This document shows, piece after piece, positions 51,949 to 57,365 of a stretch of DNA of 57,365 bases. The notes beneath the pieces are model-generated. The model was not told the origin of the DNA. It ran no database searches and saw only the letters and a list, made by a program, of their open reading frames with translations. The position numbers and the translations under genes were made by a program. Within the stretch, counting starts at the first letter, position 1. Each line of letters begins with the position of its first letter. The stretch covers positions 1 to 57,365 of the forward strand of contig JAKPNJ010000156.1 in NCBI GenBank assembly GCA_029548445.1, read 5' to 3'. The stretch comes from Bacillota bacterium (lineage in GTDB: Bacteria; Bacillota; Clostridia; Saccharofermentanales; UBA5734).

Positions 51949-51966
51949 TTCCGGAATCTTTCGGAA
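51949..51966 (+). promoter_or_regulatory. two TTCCGGAA-type octamers one helical turn apart (operator candidate)
   Basis: TTCCGGAA (perfect palindrome, 51949-51956) and TTTCGGAA (51959-51966), immediately upstream of an extended -10-like TGcTATCAT (51972-51980). Confidence 0.35.
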
Positions 51967-51978
51967 CAGAATGCTATC

Positions 51979-53412
51979 ATGAGGACGATACGGGACACGG
52001 AAAGGGTGGTGGCGGGCATGCCGGGACGACTGGTGCCGCAGCATCTGTACGAGGAAGACATCCCCTGCTGGCAGCTCGTTGTCCAGGGGCCGGACGGACC
52101 GGAGGTGTTCGGTCGGGACAGCGAGTGGGTCCTGGACGGCGGCCGCTTCGGATGCATCCGTCCCTATGCCGTGGTCCAGTCAGCGGAGGGCGCATCGCCG
52201 AAGACCGTCTGGAGCCAGCCGGTCTGGTGCGAGGGACCGAAACGGCATGCACCCGGGTCGAAAGGCGACGGCGAGTTCGTGGCAGGATCCATCTTTATCC
52301 CGTACCTGCGGGATGCCGACGGCCGGATCGCGGTCGGCTTCATGCGGCAGTTTCGCCCCCTGGTAGATCCTGATAAAGATCCGGACGCCGTGACGTATGC
52401 CGACATCGTGCCGGGACGGGAACGGGGCAGCTGGATGCTCCAGTTCCCGAGGGGGTTCGGCCAGTTGACGGCCCTGCCGGAGTCGATGGGGGAAGGAGAC
52501 GCCCTGCGGCCCCAGATGGAGGCCATGACAAACGAATATAAGCACATATTCAGAGTTCAGGAACCCCTCGGTCGAATCAATGCCAACTCCGCCCTGTTCA
52601 TCGGGTTCATCCAGGTGATCGCGGTCAAGGTGGCCCCGGAGATCTTCAGCGAGACGTTTGCCGGATGGGGATGGCGGCCGCCGGCCGAGGACCCTGGCCA
52701 GCTGATCCGGGCCGAGCGCGGCTTCGTCTACCTCGACGAGGTCCAGGAGGTTTTGCGAGGCGAGGGGGTGCTGTGCGGGCTGACCCTGGCTGCGCTGTCG
52801 CTGCTGGGGTTTCATGTAGCCCGGCAGCGCTCCGGCCACCCGGCACGGCCGGAGGCGCCGGGCGTGGCCGGTCCGGAGGTTCCGGATTCGGACCCGACTC
52901 CCTTTCCGACTCTCCTGGCCCGGCTCATGCGGATGAACGGGCTGGATGCTCGCTCCCTGGCCAGGGCGCTCTGGTACGATTCCTGCCGGTCGGGAGCCCT
53001 CCGGAACGATCCGGCCGCCCGGTGCCGCCAGTACCTCCTGCAGCACTTCGAGGAAACGGCCGACGCCAACCGGAACGATCCGGCCCACGCCGCCCGCCGG
53101 ATCCAGGGACTGGCCGACCGCCTGTTCGGCTACATGATGGAACAGGAACCCTATTTCGATCCGAACCGGGAGGAACGCATCGAATCCATGGCTCGCAGCG
53201 TCGACAACTGGCTTAAGGGAAGGAACGCACCCAAGGGCGAATCCCTGCGGTTCCTGGCCCGGGTGCTCTGCGGACTCGACGATCCTTTCCCGATCGAACA
53301 GGCGTTGAATCGATCCATCGGCCCCGGGAAGGAAAAAAAGCGGAAACGCAGCGTCCCGCGGCAGGCGTCCGGTACCATGGAACCATCCGAACCGGAGGAG
53401 GGCCGCCCATGA
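51979..53412 (+). CDS. degenerate Nudix-fold domain fused to a C-terminal HTH (XRE-like) region
   Basis: About 477 aa. GSIFIPYLRDADGRIAVGFMRQFRP...GSWMLQFPRGFG aligns with the Nudix protein encoded next, but the Nudix box is replaced (EAMTNEYKH instead of RRELAEETG). The C-terminal LLARLMRMNGLDARSLARAL looks like an XRE-type HTH. Alternative start at ATG 52018 (after AAAGGGTGGTGG) if TATCAT is a real -10. Confidence 0.55.
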   Translation: MRTIRDTERVVAGMPGRLVPQHLYEEDIPCWQLVVQGPDGPEVFGRDSEWVLDGGRFGCIRPYAVVQSAEGASPKTVWSQPVWCEGPKRHAPGSKGDGEFVAGSIFIPYLRDADGRIAVGFMRQFRPLVDPDKDPDAVTYADIVPGRERGSWMLQFPRGFGQLTALPESMGEGDALRPQMEAMTNEYKHIFRVQEPLGRINANSALFIGFIQVIAVKVAPEIFSETFAGWGWRPPAEDPGQLIRAERGFVYLDEVQEVLRGEGVLCGLTLAALSLLGFHVARQRSGHPARPEAPGVAGPEVPDSDPTPFPTLLARLMRMNGLDARSLARALWYDSCRSGALRNDPAARCRQYLLQHFEETADANRNDPAHAARRIQGLADRLFGYMMEQEPYFDPNREERIESMARSVDNWLKGRNAPKGESLRFLARVLCGLDDPFPIEQALNRSIGPGKEKKRKRSVPRQASGTMEPSEPEEGRP

Positions 53413-54128
53413 AAGACCGATACAGGGAATGGATCGCAAAAAAACCAGGCTGGTTCCGGAATCCGGATGGACCGGTGGGGATCCATATCGCGACGGATCC
53501 CGACGAGATCGCGACGATCCGGGAAGAGATGCGGCGGCGCCTGGCGAGCCGGGGTATTTCGGCCCGCCGGGCGGACGCCTGGACCCGGATCGGCATCGTG
53601 TACGAGGATCCGTACCTCTGCCTCGTCCGGGACGCAGTCCGGTTCGAGCCAGGCCACGTGCCGGGCACCTACATCCGGCAGATGCCGACCGGAGACGGAC
53701 CCGGCGGCGTGGTGGTCCTGCCCCTCGTCGGGGACGACATCCTGCTGGTCCGGATCTTCCGCCACGCCCTGCGGGATTTCTCTCTCGAGTTTCCGCGCGG
53801 GTTCTGCGAGCGCCCGCCCCGGGGGATGGATCCGGATGCGGCCATCGAGTGGAACGCCCGGCGGGAACTTGCAGAGGAAACAGGCGCCGAGGCCGAGACC
53901 ATCGAACACCTGGGGACCTGCCATACGGATACGTCCTTCAGCGGCTCCGGCGTCGCGTTCTGCGCCGCCCGCATCCTGTCCTTTGGAGAGCCCCAGGTCT
54001 CCGAGGGGATCGACCAGGTCGTCCGGATCTCCCGTCCGGAGATGGAGCGACGAATCGCCGAAAACGGCATTGTGGACGGGCTGACCCTGATGGCCTATGC
54101 CAAGGCGAAAAGCCGGGGCATCCTGTAA
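53409..54128 (+). CDS. Nudix hydrolase (ADP-ribose pyrophosphatase-like)
   Basis: 239 aa. Intact Nudix box GFCERPPRGMDPDAAIEWNARRELAEETG. ATGA overlap with the upstream gene (53409-53412). Confidence 0.85.
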   Translation: MKDRYREWIAKKPGWFRNPDGPVGIHIATDPDEIATIREEMRRRLASRGISARRADAWTRIGIVYEDPYLCLVRDAVRFEPGHVPGTYIRQMPTGDGPGGVVVLPLVGDDILLVRIFRHALRDFSLEFPRGFCERPPRGMDPDAAIEWNARRELAEETGAEAETIEHLGTCHTDTSFSGSGVAFCAARILSFGEPQVSEGIDQVVRISRPEMERRIAENGIVDGLTLMAYAKAKSRGIL

Positions 54129-54141
54129 TGGAGATAAACGC

Positions 54142-55899
54142 ATGACAACGGACGACCTCGTGAGGGAAGCCGCCCCGGATCCGGCCGGACAGTGGGCCCT
54201 GCTTCGGGACGTGCTGGACGGGATCCTGCCGGCCGACGGGAGCCGGATCCTCCTGTCCCAGGTGGGCATCCACCTTGGGAAAAGGGGCTTCGTCCTGGCG
54301 GCAACCGGGCATGCAAAGCTGAAAGACGCCCTGGTGGAAGTGACCGACCTGTGTGAACTGATCCCGGACCCGGCCATTCCGGCCCGGATCGCGGTGCGGC
54401 GAAGGTCTGCCATCGCGTCGCCTGTTGCGTTGTCCGATGCATCATCCGTCGCATCGCCCGTCCCGGCGCCTCCCGCATCCGCAGCACCAAAGGCGCAACT
54501 GGATCCGGATCCCGAACTGGGAAGGTTCGCCTTTATCCCACCCTCCTCGGTGGAACATCCAGGCATTTTCGAGTGGATGGACCGAATGTATTCGCCCAAA
54601 GACCGGATTCCCGAACTTGCGGACCAGCGGCTGATGCAGGTCTACCTGGCGGAATCCTGGCGGAAGGCCGTGCGATCGGGCGCAGTCTTCGCTTCGCCGG
54701 ACTGCGTCGCCTTCGACACGGGACTCGTCGCCACAAGCGGAGAGCCGATCCTGGCTGTTTTCGAGCCTAACCGGATCCCCGACCGACAGCCCTGGATCCT
54801 CCACAAAATCCTGACACCAAGCCGATTCGAAAGGACCTACGGGATTGATCCGCACTTCGTACCCGCTGCGGGCGATGAAACGGCCCGTAAACTCCTTGCT
54901 TCGATCCAGGGCGCCGCGAATCCTGCCCAGGAACCGAGGCCCCTCCTGCCCGAACGGTTCGAGCACTTCGCCGTCCACCCGAATTTCTTCGGGTGCATGG
55001 CCCGCCTGGAATCCCAGGCCCTGCCCGAGTCCTGGACCTTTCCGGAAGGTGCAGGCGGACCGCGCAGTATACTCAGGAATTTCCTGATCTATACCTACCA
55101 GAGGCTCCGGTATGAGGGGAAGATCGTAATATCGGAGAATCGGGACCTGGCTGTCTTCCACACGGGTCTCGCCGGAAGACGGCTCATGCGGCCTATCTAT
55201 GCCTGCTATGAACCGAACCCGGACCGGTCCCCGGACGCGCCGCCATGGCGACTGACGGATTTTATCGAGGAAGGAACGGGTCCCATGGGCCGCCGCATCG
55301 CAACCGAACTGCCCGAAAAGCCCCGGAGGGCCGCCTATTTCCAGTCCGCCGAGGAGTTGGTCCTTCTTCTCCCCCCGGAACGGGACCCGGATATCACCAT
55401 TCGGTATGAGCACATCGTCGGGGAGCGCCTCGACCGGCTCCCGGCAGCATACCTGCAGGAGCGGCTGCATACCCGTCCCGACCTCCTGGCGATGATCGCC
55501 GAGAACCGAAACCGGAGCGAGGACGAGAGAAACCGGATTTACCTGTCCATCGGGAACACTGTATTTGACGACATGAACCTGGCCCTGAAGATCACAGAGG
55601 ACCTGGACAAGGCCGTGAGTCGGGCGCTCCGAAACTTGCGGTGGAATTTCCGTACGGCGGTGCCGTTCTACTACCCAACCCAGGCACGCATGAATTTTCT
55701 CCTGCCCCTGGCCCTGGTCGATGTCCAGACGCCGGATCTTGCCTTGGTCGTCGAGATGACCGCCAGCGGCAACCTGCTGGCCCCCACCGTCTTTACCATG
55801 GAAATGGCGTATACGTGTGCCCGGCTGGTCAATCGGCCGGAAAGCGACTGGCTCCGACCGGAGAAGAAGCCAATCAGCGGGGAGGGCGCAGTCTCTTGA
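54142..55899 (+). CDS. OST-HTH/LOTUS-like N-terminal domain + duplicated DUF3825-like modules
   Basis: About 585 aa. SD GGAG 8 nt before ATG 54142. The N-terminus (LLSQVGIHLGKRGFVLAATGHAKLKDALVEVTD) resembles OST-HTH. Two related modules are present (VAFDTGLVATSGEPILAVFEPNRIPDRQPW and AVFHTGLAGRRLMRPIYACYEPNPDRSPDAPPW), and the second is followed by a DUF3825-like tail. Family names are from memory. Confidence 0.55.
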   Translation: MTTDDLVREAAPDPAGQWALLRDVLDGILPADGSRILLSQVGIHLGKRGFVLAATGHAKLKDALVEVTDLCELIPDPAIPARIAVRRRSAIASPVALSDASSVASPVPAPPASAAPKAQLDPDPELGRFAFIPPSSVEHPGIFEWMDRMYSPKDRIPELADQRLMQVYLAESWRKAVRSGAVFASPDCVAFDTGLVATSGEPILAVFEPNRIPDRQPWILHKILTPSRFERTYGIDPHFVPAAGDETARKLLASIQGAANPAQEPRPLLPERFEHFAVHPNFFGCMARLESQALPESWTFPEGAGGPRSILRNFLIYTYQRLRYEGKIVISENRDLAVFHTGLAGRRLMRPIYACYEPNPDRSPDAPPWRLTDFIEEGTGPMGRRIATELPEKPRRAAYFQSAEELVLLLPPERDPDITIRYEHIVGERLDRLPAAYLQERLHTRPDLLAMIAENRNRSEDERNRIYLSIGNTVFDDMNLALKITEDLDKAVSRALRNLRWNFRTAVPFYYPTQARMNFLLPLALVDVQTPDLALVVEMTASGNLLAPTVFTMEMAYTCARLVNRPESDWLRPEKKPISGEGAVS

Positions 55900-57365
55900 A
55901 ACCGGACATTCGGCGGCAGGTCGCGATTGGCGTCGTCGGCACCCTGGTGTCCCTTCTGGCAGGTGGACTCTTCCTGGCGTTTTTCCTCGAGAGCCTGACA
56001 CCCTGGATCACGATGCCGACCCTGGCTCTCCTGGTGGGGGCGGTCTTCGGCTTCCTGTTTTTCATTTTCGGCGGATGGAGCGGCTTCCGGTCCGGTGCGG
56101 GGATCGGCGCCGGATTCGTGGCCGCACTATCGGTTTTCCAAATCGCGATGCGGGATCTGCCCTCCGCCTGGCTGGGCGTCCTGTTCGTTACGGGAGCTGT
56201 CCTGGTCTTCGGCCTGCCCCTGGTGCGCGAGTACCGGCGGGACCGACGGGGCCGTGATCGGCAGGGCCGGGGCCGGCGACAGGCAGGCGAGTCGGCCGGT
56301 CGGCCAGCCGGGTGGCTCGGGGGCCGCGAGCGGCGGCAGGCGGAGAAGGAAGCGAAAGAGGAGGAAGCAGCACGCCTCCTCCAGGCCCAGGTCGACGAAT
56401 GGAAGGCGGCCATCGGGTTCGGGGAGCGGTCCCTCCTGCTCATGGCGCCCACGGGCGGCTTCTACCAGCTGGTTCGGGCTGCCGACGGGCTGCGGTTCAT
56501 CCGGGTCGGCGGCGAACTGGCCGGCCTCGATCCGGACCGATTCCTGCCCATGGTCCCGCCGGACGCGCCGGATGCACAGGGCACACAGGACGCACCGGAC
56601 GCGCCGGACGCGAAGCAGGACTTCCGGATCCCCTACGCCGACCTGGACCGGATCCTGGTCCGGCATGGCCCGGTCCGGAACCAGGTCCACGACAACAGCG
56701 GCCACGTGACATTCAGGACAGGCTCGAAGACCCGGCGATTCCTGCTCCTGGACACGATCTCCCCGAGAGCGGCCGAGGGATTCTTCGCGCGGCTCCCGCT
56801 GGAAATCCGAACCCGCCGGCAGGACGCGGCCGCATCGGAGCCGGAGCTGCGTCGGACGGAGGCGGACGACCCCCGGCTCCTGCCCAGGCTGAAGGCCGCG
56901 GTCCTGGCCATGACCCTGGCCGCCATCCTGGCCGCCGCCCTGTTCGTCTTCCTGCCGCTTTTCGACCTGCGGGATCCCCAGCCGGCCTATCGCGTGCTCT
57001 CGGCTCTCTGCATTCTGCTCCCCCTGGCGTCCCTGGGCCTTTACATCCGGTACGACGGGCGGATCGTCCTGGGGGACCGGGACGACCGGGACGGAACCCG
57101 GGACGCGACATTCATGGCCCGGCAGGTCGGCATCCAGCTTCCCTTCCTCCTGCCTGGCCTGGCCCTGGGATTCCGGACGCTCCGGGATTTCACCCTCCTC
57201 GACTGGCTGCCCCTGCTGGCCTGGAGCGCGGCCCTGCTGGCCATTCTCCTGGCCCTGGTCCTGGCCTGGACGACGGAATACCGGCGCCACTGGAGCGTCC
57301 TGGTCCTCTTCCTGTTCGTCGCCCTGTTTTTCGTCCCATCGGCCCTGGTCCAGGTCAATTGCCTG
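55896..57365 (+). CDS. polytopic membrane protein with a central soluble domain (3' end outside window). Not in the supplied ORF track.
   Basis: Frame 3 is open for 490 codons from TTG 55896 to the window end. TTG overlaps the upstream TGA (TTGA), and GGGGAGGG lies 8 nt upstream. Translation: LKPDIRRQVAIGVVGTLVSLLAGGLFLAFFL... (about 4 TM helices), an Arg-rich/coiled linker, a soluble part (GGFYQLVRAADGLRFIRVGG...HVTFRTGSKTRRFLLLD), then further TM helices. Confidence 0.6.
   Translation, partial: MKPDIRRQVAIGVVGTLVSLLAGGLFLAFFLESLTPWITMPTLALLVGAVFGFLFFIFGGWSGFRSGAGIGAGFVAALSVFQIAMRDLPSAWLGVLFVTGAVLVFGLPLVREYRRDRRGRDRQGRGRRQAGESAGRPAGWLGGRERRQAEKEAKEEEAARLLQAQVDEWKAAIGFGERSLLLMAPTGGFYQLVRAADGLRFIRVGGELAGLDPDRFLPMVPPDAPDAQGTQDAPDAPDAKQDFRIPYADLDRILVRHGPVRNQVHDNSGHVTFRTGSKTRRFLLLDTISPRAAEGFFARLPLEIRTRRQDAAASEPELRRTEADDPRLLPRLKAAVLAMTLAAILAAALFVFLPLFDLRDPQPAYRVLSALCILLPLASLGLYIRYDGRIVLGDRDDRDGTRDATFMARQVGIQLPFLLPGLALGFRTLRDFTLLDWLPLLAWSAALLAILLALVLAWTTEYRRHWSVLVLFLFVALFFVPSALVQVNCL

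Noticed and set aside
1-57365. tRNA, rRNA, riboswitch or prophage content.
   Set aside because: I saw no cloverleaf-compatible segment with a GTTCGAATC-type T-arm outside coding frames, no rRNA-like conserved blocks, no integrase, terminase or capsid-like ORFs, and no leader long enough and structured enough to call a riboswitch. Covariance-model scans (tRNAscan-SE, Infernal/Rfam) would be needed to exclude small RNAs.

Overview
This 57.4-kb window is high-GC, roughly two thirds G+C by eye. I saw no rRNA, tRNA, CRISPR array, transposase or integrase. Coding density is very high. The six-frame track is dominated by long GC-driven antisense or out-of-frame ORFs, so I called genes from recognisable protein motifs, signal peptides and lipoboxes, Shine-Dalgarno (SD) sequences and start/stop overlaps. 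Content from left to right: (1) The tail of a surface protein and a small lipoprotein. (2) A minus-strand block encoding a nitroreductase, feoA, feoB and a Cys-rich peptide. (3) A carbohydrate-utilisation locus of about 42 kb, of the monoderm type (ABC importers, lipoprotein binding proteins, AraC regulator). It encodes a GH172/DUF2961 protein, a GH94-like phosphorylase, GH116, a GH106-like enzyme, two GH78 alpha-L-rhamnosidases, a GH39-like clan-A enzyme, a beta-helix lipoprotein, two uncharacterised six-hairpin proteins and two S1 sulfatases. This gene set points to a sulfated, rhamnose-rich glycan. Almost all of the enzymes lack signal peptides. Embedded in the locus is a functionally undescribed module, sandwiched between two ABC permease pairs: a binding protein of about 1000 aa with CBM-like modules, an NHL/TPR propeller protein, a Yip1-family membrane protein and a DUF5696-like lipoprotein. 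(4) Secreted proteins and lipoproteins with striking internal repeats, plus a CHAP-like peptidase. (5) At the right edge, a translationally coupled four-gene operon: a degenerate Nudix protein with an HTH, a canonical Nudix, an OST-HTH/DUF3825-like protein and a polytopic membrane protein. The ORF of the fourth gene is missing from the supplied track because it runs off the window. I consider this operon the best candidate for an undescribed system. All family names are from motif recognition by eye, not from searches.
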